A stretch of 64,000 bases of DNA from an uncultured Prevotellaceae bacterium (GTDB lineage Bacteria; Bacteroidota; Bacteroidia; Bacteroidales; Bacteroidaceae), in assembly GCA_902794405.1 (NCBI GenBank), contig CADBHI010000024.1:5603-69602 (forward strand). Reading direction: 5' to 3'. Below are positions 28,137 to 38,147 of the stretch, in pieces (positions within the stretch are counted from its first letter, which is position 1; every line of letters starts with the position of its first letter). The notes under the pieces are model-generated. The model was not told where the DNA came from and searched no databases. It worked only from the letters and a program-made list of their open reading frames with translations. The position numbers and the translations under genes were made by a program.

Positions 28137-30062
28137 TTACCATCTCCAGCCTCCACCGCCAGGGAATCCGCCGCCAGGACCGAAGCCGCTGCTGCTGGTA
28201 TACTCCGAGAGGTTAACCGACGAACCGCCGCTGATGGTGCCACCAATGTTACCATAGCCGTTCCAGAACTCTGTGCCACCGCTAACGGTAACGCCCGACT
28301 TCAGGGTAGGTTTCGATGCGGCTGAGACAACGAGGGTGCTGCCACCGCTCGACGGGGTCTTGAAGGCTACGGTCTCATCGCCATAAGTCAAAGCATACCA
28401 GGTGTTTTTGGTCCATGACGATGACGAGTAGCACGACTGGCTGAGGCTGCTGCCCGACTCTAAGCCACCGATGGCTATGATGGTGCCGCCCGTGACGTAG
28501 AGTTTCTTCTGCTCTTCGCTGTTGGCGTCGATGCCCACTTCAGGCGTACTGGTGCCGATGGCGAATATGAGGCCGCCCTTGATGTAGCAGTTGCCGTTGG
28601 CGTCGATACCGTCGTTGTTGGTGGCATGTGAGTATACTTTACCGCCACTGATGGTCAGGTCGCTCGAGGCGTTGAGACCGTCGTCGTAGGATTCAACGGT
28701 AGTGTTGCCGCCGCTGATCTCCATTGTCTTTTTGCTCTCGATGCCTTCACCGTTCTTGCCGGTGGTCTTCACGTAGATGTTGCCGCCGCTGATGTTGATG
28801 GCACCATCTATCTTGATGCCCTTAGGAGACGACTTGTAGTCGCTCGTCAGACGGTCAACGTTGTTGCTGTAGTTGTCGTAAAGCTTATTGTTGACGTAAG
28901 CCACTATGCCTCCTGAGGTGTTGACGGAGATATCGCCACCGCTGATATTCAGCTCGCCGTCACCGCTGATGCCCTTGCCACCAGCGCCCTTGCTGGTAAG
29001 GGTCATGGTACCGCCGCTGATGCCGATGTTGCCGTCGGCGCTCAGACAGGTCGATGCTTTCGTCTTTTTGTCATCCGTGTCCCATGCACCGCCGCCAGTA
29101 GTGGTAATGTTGAGGGTGCCGGCACTGATCTTCAGGTCGCCGTCGCTCTTCACACCTTTGGCTGCTGCTGCCGTCACGCCAATGGTCAGGGTGCCGCCGT
29201 CAATGTAGACGTTTCCTGAGTCCTCACCGTCGTGATCGTTGGTCTCGCCTGTCGATGAGTCTCCACCAAGGTCACACTGTATTCCGTCGTCACCAGTGCC
29301 GCTGATAGTAATGACGCCGCTCTTCATCTGGAAATACTCCTCGCAGTTGATGCCGTCGCCAACGGCTGACGTGATGTTAAGCGTCAGGTTCTTGACGGTG
29401 ATGTAGTCGCCGCTCTTGATGGCATGCTTGGTGTTGCCTGCCACGTTCAGCGTGCCGTTGCCCTGCAGCTGAAGCTGTCCCTTACTGTAGATACAGGCCT
29501 TCTGTGAGCCGTCAGCACCGTCAGTCAGGGTGTTGACCGTGCCTTTCTTTGCACTGAGCTGTATGCGTTTGCTGTTACCGATGTTGATGGCAGCACCGCT
29601 GGGGTTCTTCAACTCAAGACCAGCCAGAGAGACGGTACATTTATAGGTTCCTTCCAGCGCAAACTCACCATCGGTAGAAGTGCCGCTGAGCACATATTCC
29701 ACCTCACCGTCACCCGATTCAATGCCCTTGCCCTGTTCCAGTTTCACATGGGCACCGCTGACGGTGGCCGTGATGTCGTTGGCAATGTCGCCAGCAATGG
29801 TGACGGAGGCAGAAGTGCCGTCGTAGACCACTGTGACCACGGAGTCGCTGACTTCCGTGTCGTCGATGCTAATGCCTGTAATGTCTGTTACACTGAACGA
29901 TTTACCCTGGATGGTCAGCGTCTGGCCATTGTCAGTGTAGGTCATCTCGTCGCTGTTGGCTGCAAATGCGTAAGTGACACTCCCTTGTTGCACTTTCAGC
30001 GTTTGGGCGGTGGTGCCGATGCTTGTCAGCACCACGGCAATCATGATAAGGAGCTGTCTCAT
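28137..30062 (-). CDS. Carbohydrate-binding beta-helix protein (Cthe_2159/DUF4353-like)
   Basis: Signal peptide and repeated DGI/KGI..I.ISGG beta-helix motifs, including NDGIDANG. Confidence 0.8.
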   Translation of the reverse strand: MRQLLIMIAVVLTSIGTTAQTLKVQQGSVTYAFAANSDEMTYTDNGQTLTIQGKSFSVTDITGISIDDTEVSDSVVTVVYDGTSASVTIAGDIANDITATVSGAHVKLEQGKGIESGDGEVEYVLSGTSTDGEFALEGTYKCTVSLAGLELKNPSGAAINIGNSKRIQLSAKKGTVNTLTDGADGSQKACIYSKGQLQLQGNGTLNVAGNTKHAIKSGDYITVKNLTLNITSAVGDGINCEEYFQMKSGVITISGTGDDGIQCDLGGDSSTGETNDHDGEDSGNVYIDGGTLTIGVTAAAAKGVKSDGDLKISAGTLNITTTGGGAWDTDDKKTKASTCLSADGNIGISGGTMTLTSKGAGGKGISGDGELNISGGDISVNTSGGIVAYVNNKLYDNYSNNVDRLTSDYKSSPKGIKIDGAINISGGNIYVKTTGKNGEGIESKKTMEISGGNTTVESYDDGLNASSDLTISGGKVYSHATNNDGIDANGNCYIKGGLIFAIGTSTPEVGIDANSEEQKKLYVTGGTIIAIGGLESGSSLSQSCYSSSSWTKNTWYALTYGDETVAFKTPSSGGSTLVVSAASKPTLKSGVTVSGGTEFWNGYGNIGGTISGGSSVNLSEYTSSSGFGPGGGFPGGGGWRW

Positions 30063-30460
30063 TTTACGTACTTTTTAGTGGTTGTGTTTCCCTTCTTGAA
30101 GATATAGATGCCAGGTGCAGGCTTAGTGCCCTGGGGCAGTCGGTGGCCTCTCAGGTCGTATATGACGGTTTCTGTGTTATCCCAGTCGGCATCGGTGGCT
30201 TCGATAGCGGTGGTCTCACTCTTCGACTTAGTGTTGGTGAAGTACATGCGCCTCAGGTCAGACAGGGCGATGGTTGTCTTTTCTGAACCGTTGGTGGCGG
30301 TGAGCATTGAGCTGCTATAGCTGATGGTAAGTCCTAAGGCGGTCAGCGTTTCGGTCTGGCCGTCGTTCTTCTCGATGGTCAAGTACTGGAAGTCGGCCGC
30401 CTGGGCTGCTATCATACTTGTCAACATCATGGTCATAAATACTTGTCGTCTCATATTCAT
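30059..30460 (-). CDS. Small secreted protein with T9SS-type C-terminal tail
   Basis: Signal peptide; C-terminus IYDLRGHRL..PGIYIFKKGNTTTKKYVK. Confidence 0.7.
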   Translation of the reverse strand: MNMRRQVFMTMMLTSMIAAQAADFQYLTIEKNDGQTETLTALGLTISYSSSMLTATNGSEKTTIALSDLRRMYFTNTKSKSETTAIEATDADWDNTETVIYDLRGHRLPQGTKPAPGIYIFKKGNTTTKKYVK

Positions 30461-30500
30461 TTCTTATTTAAATTCTTGTGCAAAGATAATGAGAAACAAG

Positions 30501-30547
30501 AAACGGGGCAAATTCGTTCAACGAATGCCCCGTTTTTTTCAGTGAAT
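30501..30547 (-). promoter_or_regulatory. Hairpin overlapping a LytTR-like direct repeat upstream of the -7 box
   Basis: Inverted repeat aaacggggca/tgccccgttt; ttcaacgaat at 30517 and ttcagtgaat at 30538 (21-nt period); minus-strand TATCTTTG at 30481-30488. Confidence 0.5.
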
Positions 30548-30558
30548 CGCTTTTGATT

Positions 30559-31158
30559 TTAGAGTCCCATGGCATCCTTTGCTTTCTGGGCAGCAGCGTC
30601 TACAGCCTCGCCAGCCTTCTCCTTGGCAGCATCCTTGGCATCTTCGACAGCACCCTCAACGGCTTCCTGAGCAGCGTCGGCAGCACCCTCAACAGCGTTG
30701 CCTGCAGCATCGGCAGCACCTTCCATAGTCTCGCCTGCAGCATCGAGTGTGCTCTTCAGACCGCTGATAATACTCTCGGCAGGAGCTTCGGTCAGTGCAC
30801 TGAAGGCAGCCTGGATGGCAGCGTTGTCACCTGCTACAGCCTTGATCTTCTCGGCATTCTCCTTCAGGAAGTCCTGAATCTTCTGAACATACTCCTGGGC
30901 AGCCTCGGGATTCTGAGCCAGAATCTCCTTTACCTTAGCCTGTACTGCCTCGATGGCCTGCTGCAGTTTGCTGGCGTCGTTGGCTTCAATTTGTTCTGTC
31001 AACTGAGCGGTAGCCTCGCTGAAGATAGCCTCTACGTCAATAGCGGGGGCTTCTGCTACAACCTCGTCGTCCACGGGAACGGCCTGCTGAGATTTGTTGC
31101 CACACGAAGTGAAACCGATGGCACATGCAGCCATCATGATGAACAAACTTTTTTTCAT
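30559..31158 (-). CDS. Ala/Glu-rich lipoprotein of unknown function
   Basis: Lipobox FTSC and low-complexity EGAADAA repeats. Confidence 0.8.
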   Translation of the reverse strand: MKKSLFIMMAACAIGFTSCGNKSQQAVPVDDEVVAEAPAIDVEAIFSEATAQLTEQIEANDASKLQQAIEAVQAKVKEILAQNPEAAQEYVQKIQDFLKENAEKIKAVAGDNAAIQAAFSALTEAPAESIISGLKSTLDAAGETMEGAADAAGNAVEGAADAAQEAVEGAVEDAKDAAKEKAGEAVDAAAQKAKDAMGL

Positions 31159-31366
31159 AATGCTTTCTCCTTTTTAATTAATAAAGTGTTAACTATTTCA
31201 GTATTCTTGATTTACGTTGGCAAATTTAGTGTTTTTTTGAATATGTTGCCACTTTCTTTTGTCCTTTTTAACTTTTTTCTTAATTTTGCACCTCTTTTCA
31301 AGGATAATAACAATATTTCGACAAACAAAATGCAGATTGCGAGTCGATTAATCAGAAAATCTAAAG

Positions 31367-33088
31367 ATGACGACATTAGAGTTTAAACCGCAGTTTTTTG
31401 CCACATTGAAGCATTACTCCAAGAAGCAGTTCACCACCGACCTCTTGGCAGGTATCATTGTGGGTATCGTGGCATTGCCGTTAGCCATCGCTTTCGGTAT
31501 TGCTTCAGGTGTAACCCCTGAGAAGGGTATCATCACCGCCATCGTGGCCGGCCTCATTATTTCCGTACTTGGTGGAAGTAAAGTGCAGGTGGGTGGCCCT
31601 ACGGGCGCGTTCATTATTATAATATATGGAATCATCCAGCAGTATGGCTTCGAGGGCCTCACCATAGCCACGCTTATGGCGGGTGTATTCCTTATTATGT
31701 TTGGTATTCTCCATCTGGGTACCATCATCAAGTACATACCATATCCCATCATCGTGGGTTTCACCTCGGGTATCGCCCTGACCATCTTTACTACGCAGAT
31801 CAAGGACTTGCTGGGGCTGTCGATGGAAAGCGTTCCCTCCGACTTTATAGAGAAGTGGATAGCTTACTTTGGCTCACTACCCACCATTGATGCCTGGAGT
31901 GCTGCTGTCGGCATAGGCTCTGTTGCCCTTATCGCTCTTTGGCCGAAGTTCACAAGTCTTCAGCTGTTCAATACTTCCATTTTAAAATTCTTGAAGAAGC
32001 TGCCTGGCAGTCTTATCGCCATCATCGTCATGACCGTTGCCGCCCTGCTGCTTAAGCAGTATGCTGGCATCACTACTATTGAGACTATTGGCGATCGCTT
32101 TTCTATCTCCAACCAACTGCCAGAGGCACAAGTGCCCGCCTTGTCGTGGGACGTTATAAAAGGACTCGTGTCGCCCGCTATCACCATCGCCATCCTTGGC
32201 GCTATAGAATCGTTGCTTTCTGCTACCGTGGCTGATGGTGTTATCGGCGACCGCCACTCCTCCAACACTGAGTTGATAGCTCAGGGTGTGGCTAACCTTG
32301 CCTCGCCCCTTTTCGGCGGTATCCCTGCCACAGGTGCTATTGCCCGTACTATGACCAACATTAATAACGGCGGACGCACCCCTGTTGCTGGTATCGTCCA
32401 TGCCGCCGTGCTGTTGCTCATCTTCCTCTTCCTGATGCCATTAGCACAGTATATCCCCATGGCCTGTCTGGCTGGTGTGCTTGTCATCGTAAGCTATGGC
32501 ATGAGTGGTTGGCGCTCGTTCACTAACATCATGAAGAATCCTAAGAGCGACGTCATCGTGCTTTGGGTCACCTTCCTTCTTACCGTCATCTTTGACCTGA
32601 CCGTTGCCATCGAGGTTGGTCTCATCTGTGCCTGCCTGCTATTCATGCGCCGTATGGCAGAGACTACCGATGTCAAGGTTATCAGTGACGAGATTGATCC
32701 TGCCGAGGAAGACAGCGACTTCCAGTTAGGTAACCTCGAACACCTCACCATTCCCGATGGTGTAGAGGTTTACGAAATCAATGGTCCTTACTTCTTCGGT
32801 GCAGGCAACAAGTTTGAGGAAATTATGGGAGCCCTTGGTCATGGTAGTCGTCCTAAGGTACGCATCATCCGTATGCGTAAGGTACCTTTTGTCGACTCCA
32901 CCGGCATCCACAACCTAACCAACCTCTGTCTTATGTCACAGAAGGAGGGCATTCAGGTCGTACTCTCAGGTGTCAACGAGCGTGTGCAGGCTGTTCTCCA
33001 CAAGGCCAAGTTCGACGAGATTGTCGGTACTGACAACATCTGTAGCCACATCAACATTGCCCTCGAACGGGCTCGCCAGCTGCTGTAG
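31367..33088 (+). CDS. SulP family inorganic anion transporter with STAS domain
   Basis: ALPLAIAFGIASG, GPTGAF, PATGAIART and STAS motif VPFVDSTG. Confidence 0.93.
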   Translation: MTTLEFKPQFFATLKHYSKKQFTTDLLAGIIVGIVALPLAIAFGIASGVTPEKGIITAIVAGLIISVLGGSKVQVGGPTGAFIIIIYGIIQQYGFEGLTIATLMAGVFLIMFGILHLGTIIKYIPYPIIVGFTSGIALTIFTTQIKDLLGLSMESVPSDFIEKWIAYFGSLPTIDAWSAAVGIGSVALIALWPKFTSLQLFNTSILKFLKKLPGSLIAIIVMTVAALLLKQYAGITTIETIGDRFSISNQLPEAQVPALSWDVIKGLVSPAITIAILGAIESLLSATVADGVIGDRHSSNTELIAQGVANLASPLFGGIPATGAIARTMTNINNGGRTPVAGIVHAAVLLLIFLFLMPLAQYIPMACLAGVLVIVSYGMSGWRSFTNIMKNPKSDVIVLWVTFLLTVIFDLTVAIEVGLICACLLFMRRMAETTDVKVISDEIDPAEEDSDFQLGNLEHLTIPDGVEVYEINGPYFFGAGNKFEEIMGALGHGSRPKVRIIRMRKVPFVDSTGIHNLTNLCLMSQKEGIQVVLSGVNERVQAVLHKAKFDEIVGTDNICSHINIALERARQLL

Positions 33089-33109
33089 TCCTTATCTGAA
33101 ACATAATAA

Positions 33110-33145
33110 AAACTCCGCCTTTGCAACCTTGCAGAGGCGGAGTTT
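33110..33145. terminator. Bidirectional terminator between the SulP gene and pgk
   Basis: aaactccgcct..tgcaa / ttgca..aggcggagttt inverted repeat. Confidence 0.8.
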
Positions 33146-33196
33146 ATGTGAAATAGATTAGGGAATAATATTCACCTAATCTTGCTTAGGCAAGTA

Positions 33197-34471
33197 TTAT
33201 TCTGCCGAGCAGATAGCAGCTACGCCAGGAAGCACCTTACCTTCGATAGCCTCGAGCAGAGCGCCACCACCAGTAGAGATGTAGCTCACCTTGTCAGCCA
33301 GACCGAACTTATTGACACAAGCAACAGAGTCGCCACCGCCAATCAGTGAGAAAGCACCTTCTGCAGTTGCCTTGGCAATAGCCTCGCCGATGGCACGTGA
33401 ACCAGCGGTGAAGTCGTCGCACTCGAACACGCCGGCAGGACCGTTCCACAGAATGGTCTTGGCACCAGCGATGGCCTTGCGGAAATCTTCCTGAGAAGCA
33501 GGACCAGCGTCAACACCCTCAAAGCCAACAGGTACGTTGTTGGCAGGGCAGGTGATAATCTCAGAACCAGGCTTCACAGTCATCGTACCGAAGTCAAGAC
33601 CATTGGTAGCGGTGCAGTCAGAACCCAGAACAAGCTCAACACCGTTCTTCTTAGCCAGCTCCTCAACGCCCAGAGCTACATCCAGCTTGTCGAGCTCAAC
33701 GATTGAGTTACCGATTTCGCCGTTGTGAGCCTTGGCAAAGGTGTAGGTCATACCACCGCAGAGGATGAGCTTGTCGACCTTGCCGAGCAGGTTCTCGATG
33801 ATACCAATCTTAGAAGATACCTTTGATCCACCCATGATGGCTACGAAGGGGCGCTTGATGTTGCTGAGCACGGCATCAACAGCCTTTACTTCCTTCTCCA
33901 TCAGCAGACCCAGCATCTTGTTGTCAGCATCGAAGTAGTCGGCGATGACAGCGGTAGAGGCATGCTTACGGTGAGCAGTACCGAAGGCATCCATCACGTA
34001 GCAGTCAGCATAGCTGGCCAAAGTCTTGGCAAACTCCTTCTGGCTGGCCTTCATGGCCTTCTTAGCCTCATCGTAAGCGGGATCAGCCTTGTCAATACCT
34101 ACGGGCTTACCTTCCTCCTCGGGATAGAAGCGGAGGTTCTCAAGCAGCAGGGCCTCGCCCATCTTCAGGGCTGCAGCAGCCTCCTGAGCCTTGGCGCAGT
34201 CGGGAGCAAAAGCTACGGGAACACCGAGAGCCTTCTCCACAGCCTCACGGATCTGGCCAAGTGACTTCTTGGCGTCAACCTTACCCTTGGGCTTGCCCAT
34301 GTGTGACATGATGATGACAGCACCACCGTCGGCCAGAATCTTCTTCAGCGTAGGCAGGGCACCGCGGATGCGGGTGTCGTCAGTGATCTTACCATTCTCA
34401 TCGAGGGGCACGTTGAAGTCAACGCGCACAATTGCCTTCTTACCGGCAAAGTTCATTTCATTGATTGTCAT
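33197..34471 (-). CDS. pgk: Phosphoglycerate kinase
   Basis: [20 protein letters not shown] and STGGGA. Confidence 0.97.
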   Translation of the reverse strand: MTINEMNFAGKKAIVRVDFNVPLDENGKITDDTRIRGALPTLKKILADGGAVIIMSHMGKPKGKVDAKKSLGQIREAVEKALGVPVAFAPDCAKAQEAAAALKMGEALLLENLRFYPEEEGKPVGIDKADPAYDEAKKAMKASQKEFAKTLASYADCYVMDAFGTAHRKHASTAVIADYFDADNKMLGLLMEKEVKAVDAVLSNIKRPFVAIMGGSKVSSKIGIIENLLGKVDKLILCGGMTYTFAKAHNGEIGNSIVELDKLDVALGVEELAKKNGVELVLGSDCTATNGLDFGTMTVKPGSEIITCPANNVPVGFEGVDAGPASQEDFRKAIAGAKTILWNGPAGVFECDDFTAGSRAIGEAIAKATAEGAFSLIGGGDSVACVNKFGLADKVSYISTGGGALLEAIEGKVLPGVAAICSAE

Positions 34472-34643
34472 AATAATAAGCTTATATTAATAAAATGTGA
34501 ATAGATTCATTGAAATGCGGTGCAAAGATACACAAAAAAGTGAAAAGTGAAAAGTGAAAAGTGAAAAAAATGCTTTCATCACATAAAAAAAAGAGTAATA
34601 TGCATGGTGCATTGTGCATTATTCAGTACCTTTGCAGGCAAAT

Positions 34644-35297
34644 ATGAAAGATTCTGTGATTATTCTTAGCGGCGGCATGGACTCCGTGACGCTGCTTTAC
34701 GACCAGCAGGAGCGCATTGCCCTGGCCGTGTCGTTTGACTACGGTTCGAACCATAATGCCCGTGAGATTCCCTTTGCGCAGTTGCATTGTAAGCGCTTGG
34801 GGATTGAACACTTAGTGATTCCCCTACAGTTTATGGGTCAGTACTTTGAAAGTTCTCTGCTACAGGGAGCCGACGCCATTCCCGAGGGACATTACGCTGC
34901 CGACAATATGAAGTCGACGGTTGTCCCCTTCCGCAACGGCATCATGCTTAGTGTGGCTATCGGATTGGCAGAGAGCCGCGGCTTGCAACATGTGATGATG
35001 GCTAACCATGGTGGTGACCACACCATCTACCCCGATTGCCGTCCAGAGTTCGTAGAGGCTATGAGTGAAGCTGCCCGTACGGGTACCTATCCTGGTATTA
35101 CGTTGCTATGTCCCTTCACCCATCTGACGAAGGCACAGATAGCCGCCCGTGGCAACGAATTAGGCATCGACTATGCAGAGACATGGTCATGCTATAAAGG
35201 TGGGGAGCGCCATTGTGGTCGCTGTGGCACCTGTGTGGAGCGCCGTGAAGCTCTTGCAGAGGCCGGCATTGCCGACCCGACGTCGTACGAAGACTAA
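34644..35297 (+). CDS. queC: 7-cyano-7-deazaguanine synthase
   Basis: SGGMDS, VPFRNG, YPDCR and SCY..HCGRCGTC; start placed at ATG 34644, after the -7 box at 34627-34634. Confidence 0.95.
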   Translation: MKDSVIILSGGMDSVTLLYDQQERIALAVSFDYGSNHNAREIPFAQLHCKRLGIEHLVIPLQFMGQYFESSLLQGADAIPEGHYAADNMKSTVVPFRNGIMLSVAIGLAESRGLQHVMMANHGGDHTIYPDCRPEFVEAMSEAARTGTYPGITLLCPFTHLTKAQIAARGNELGIDYAETWSCYKGGERHCGRCGTCVERREALAEAGIADPTSYED

Positions 35298-35431
35298 TGG
35301 GGTAGGGCACTCTCAACTACAAAGCAAAAAGCGCACATTTAACTTAAATTTTGTTCATCTGTTGGCATTATTAATAGGAAAATGTGTAATTTTGCAGGCG
35401 ATATTGAATAGTAACAAAAATTGATACCATT

Positions 35432-35977
35432 TTGACTCCGGCAGAATATGTACAGATGAAGGCATTCGCTCGTATTGACGGTGCGATGCTTTCTGTGATG
35501 TGGGTGGCCAGTTTCGCCTGTTATGTGGTAGGACTTGCCAATCCGATGTTCACCATGGTGGCGTTTGTGCTGATGGTGATTACGCCGTTCTTTGTATGCA
35601 AACGGCTGGGTAAGTTCCGTGATGAGGGTCGTGGGGGCATTATCTCCATGGGTCGCGGCTGGGCTTACTCCATCTTTGTGTTCTTCTATGCCTCCATTCT
35701 AATGGCACTGGCACAATATGTGTATTTTGCTTATATAGACCAGGGCTACTTGATGTTGGTGTTCTCGCAGTCGCTGTCGACGCCTGAGATGCAGCAGATG
35801 CTTGAGCAGGCGGGGTTGCAGAAGACAATGCAAGAAGGGTTGGAATCTATGGCTGCGATGCGTCCAATAGACTATGCGTTGAACGTGCTGACAGTGAACA
35901 TTATGGCTGGAATCGTGTTAGGATTGCCAATAGGTGCACTGATGCAGCGCCGTCAACCAAATGTGTTAAACAAGTAA
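35432..35977 (+). CDS. DUF4199-like membrane protein
   Basis: Four TM segments with QYVYFAYIDQG; sits upstream of the GT2 gene as is usual in Bacteroidales. Confidence 0.65.
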   Translation: MTPAEYVQMKAFARIDGAMLSVMWVASFACYVVGLANPMFTMVAFVLMVITPFFVCKRLGKFRDEGRGGIISMGRGWAYSIFVFFYASILMALAQYVYFAYIDQGYLMLVFSQSLSTPEMQQMLEQAGLQKTMQEGLESMAAMRPIDYALNVLTVNIMAGIVLGLPIGALMQRRQPNVLNK

Positions 35978-35995
35978 TCAAGTTTTAGTATATCA

Positions 35996-36952
35996 GTGGA
36001 TATTTCAGTAGTTATACCTCTTTATAATGAGGATGAATCAATACCCGAGCTTTATGCATGGATAGAGCGGGTGATGAAGGAGAACCAGTTTACGTATGAG
36101 GTCATCTTCATTAATGACGGCTCGACCGACCGCTCGTGGGATATTATTTCTGAGCTGAACCAGCAGCACCCAGATCAGGTGAAGGGTATCAAGTTCCGTC
36201 GTAACTATGGTAAGAGTCCGGCTTTGTATTGCGGTTTTGCTGAGGCTCAGGGCGATGTGGTTATCACGATGGATGCCGACCTTCAGGATTCGCCCGACGA
36301 GATTCCTGACCTGTACCGTATGATAAAAGAAGAGGGATATGATCTGGTGAGTGGCTACAAGCAAAAGCGCTACGATCCGCTGTCGAAGACGCTGCCCACG
36401 AAGCTTTTCAATGCTACGGCTCGCAAAATCAGTGGCATCAAGAACCTGCATGACTTCAACTGCGGTTTGAAAGCCTACCGTAAGGCTGTAGTGAAAAATA
36501 TTGAGGTATATGGTGAGATGCATCGCTACATACCCTACCTGGCCAAGCAGGCCGGTTTTAGCAAGATTGGTGAGAAGGTGGTGCAGCATCAGGCTCGAAA
36601 GTACGGCCAGTCGAAGTTTATGGGACTGAACCGTTTTGTGAACGGCTATCTCGATTTGCTGACGCTGTGGTTCCTTTCGACGTTTGGCAAAAAGCCGATG
36701 CATGTGTTCGGCTTCCTGGGCACCGTCATGTTCTTTATTGGTTTTGTTGCTGCCTTTGTTATTGGAGCCGATAAACTGTGGTGTCTGGCCAACGGTATTC
36801 CCCAGCGACTGGTGACCGACTCTCCCTTTTTCTATATTGCGCTGACCATGATGATTATCGGCACGCAACTGTTCCTGACAGGTTTTGTGGGCGATCTCAT
36901 TAGCCGTTCGTCGGCTGGGCGTAATGACTATCAGATAGAGGAAACTATATGA
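35996..36952 (+). CDS. Glycosyltransferase family 2 (polyprenol-phosphate GT, ArnC-like)
   Basis: VIPLYNE, DDGS-like NDGSTD, MDADLQD and two C-terminal TM helices. Confidence 0.9.
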   Translation: MDISVVIPLYNEDESIPELYAWIERVMKENQFTYEVIFINDGSTDRSWDIISELNQQHPDQVKGIKFRRNYGKSPALYCGFAEAQGDVVITMDADLQDSPDEIPDLYRMIKEEGYDLVSGYKQKRYDPLSKTLPTKLFNATARKISGIKNLHDFNCGLKAYRKAVVKNIEVYGEMHRYIPYLAKQAGFSKIGEKVVQHQARKYGQSKFMGLNRFVNGYLDLLTLWFLSTFGKKPMHVFGFLGTVMFFIGFVAAFVIGADKLWCLANGIPQRLVTDSPFFYIALTMMIIGTQLFLTGFVGDLISRSSAGRNDYQIEETI

Positions 36953-37500
36953 GATGGAGAGATTTTAAATATAGGATGGAGACAGGGAAGATGAACTGGA
37001 AGAAAGTGGGATGTGCTGCATTTCTCATTTTCTCTTTTTCTCATTTTCTCTTTTTCCAATCTTCATGTACCAGTATCGACTGCCCATTTGAGCATGATGT
37101 GATGACGAAGTACAATCTGTATAAGTCAAATGAGAAGACAGATACTTTGAGGGATACGCTGAATGTGTTCAGTCATCGCATCAACCGTACTGATACGTTA
37201 CTGCTCAACTCTGCTTGTGGCAAGACCTCGTTCCGTTTGAATGTCGGCTATGCCAATCCTGAGGATACGCTTTTCTTCAAATTCAGTAACACAGATTACT
37301 TGGCTATTGATACGGTGTACGTTAAGAAAGAGAACTATCCCCATTTTGAATCTGTTGACTGTAACGCTTCCTATTTTCATGACATCACGGCTATACGCAG
37401 TACCCATCATGCAATAGATACCATCATCATAACAAACCCATCGGTGACCTATGACCCCAATACAGAGCATTTCAAACTCTATATCAAGGACCGTCGTTAG
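36949..37500 (+). CDS. Conserved lipoprotein (DUF6452-like)
   Basis: SSCTSIDCP lipobox and PHFESVDC; start uncertain (could be 36991). Confidence 0.6.
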   Translation: MRWRDFKYRMETGKMNWKKVGCAAFLIFSFSHFLFFQSSCTSIDCPFEHDVMTKYNLYKSNEKTDTLRDTLNVFSHRINRTDTLLLNSACGKTSFRLNVGYANPEDTLFFKFSNTDYLAIDTVYVKKENYPHFESVDCNASYFHDITAIRSTHHAIDTIIITNPSVTYDPNTEHFKLYIKDRR

Positions 37501-38143
37501 CCTCGTGCTACTGGTTGCGTGCCTCATGCAGGCTGACGCTCAGAAGCTGTTCAAGCTCGAGAAGGACAGCATCCCCATAATGCGTGGCTTCCAGGTGTCG
37601 TTCGATCTCTTCGGAGCTGGACAGATGATGTTGTCTGACTATGGCCAATATGAGGCTGCCCTACGCCTGAACCTCCATGACCAATGGTTCCCGATCTTTG
37701 AATTGGGCTACGGTAAGGCCGACCATGAGGAAGACGTGGTCACGGGTATAGCCTACAAGACTCAGGCCCCTTATTACCGTTTGGGTCTCGACTTTAACCT
37801 GCTGAAGAAGAAACACCAGTCGAACCGTTTGTTTGCCGGTTTCCGCTATGCCTATACATCTTATAAGGTAGATATGTATCACCGTGAATTTGATGAGCCA
37901 ATCTGGAAGTGGAAAACGAGCTTTGGTGTTAAGGACGAAAAATGCTCTCAGCATTGGTTGGAGCTGGTGGTGGGCATCGATGCCCAGGTGTTCGGCCCCT
38001 TCCATTTAGGGTGGAGTGTGCGTTACAAGCAGCGCCTTGCTCACAGTGACGGTCAGTTAGGAAAGACCTGGTATGTGCCAGGATTTGGTATCTGGGATAC
38101 CTCTACTTTCGGTGGTACGTTTAATGCGATTATTGATATCTGA
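37451..38143 (+). CDS. Outer-membrane beta-barrel-like protein (DUF6048-like)
   Basis: Signal peptide, alternating beta strands and WYVPGFG near the C-terminus. Confidence 0.6.
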   Translation: MTPIQSISNSISRTVVSLVLLVACLMQADAQKLFKLEKDSIPIMRGFQVSFDLFGAGQMMLSDYGQYEAALRLNLHDQWFPIFELGYGKADHEEDVVTGIAYKTQAPYYRLGLDFNLLKKKHQSNRLFAGFRYAYTSYKVDMYHREFDEPIWKWKTSFGVKDEKCSQHWLELVVGIDAQVFGPFHLGWSVRYKQRLAHSDGQLGKTWYVPGFGIWDTSTFGGTFNAIIDI

Positions 38144-38147
38144 AGAC

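Noticed and set aside
34564-34643. preQ1 riboswitch upstream of queC
   Set aside because: The -7 box is only 9 nt from the ATG, leaving no room, and no aptamer motif is visible.
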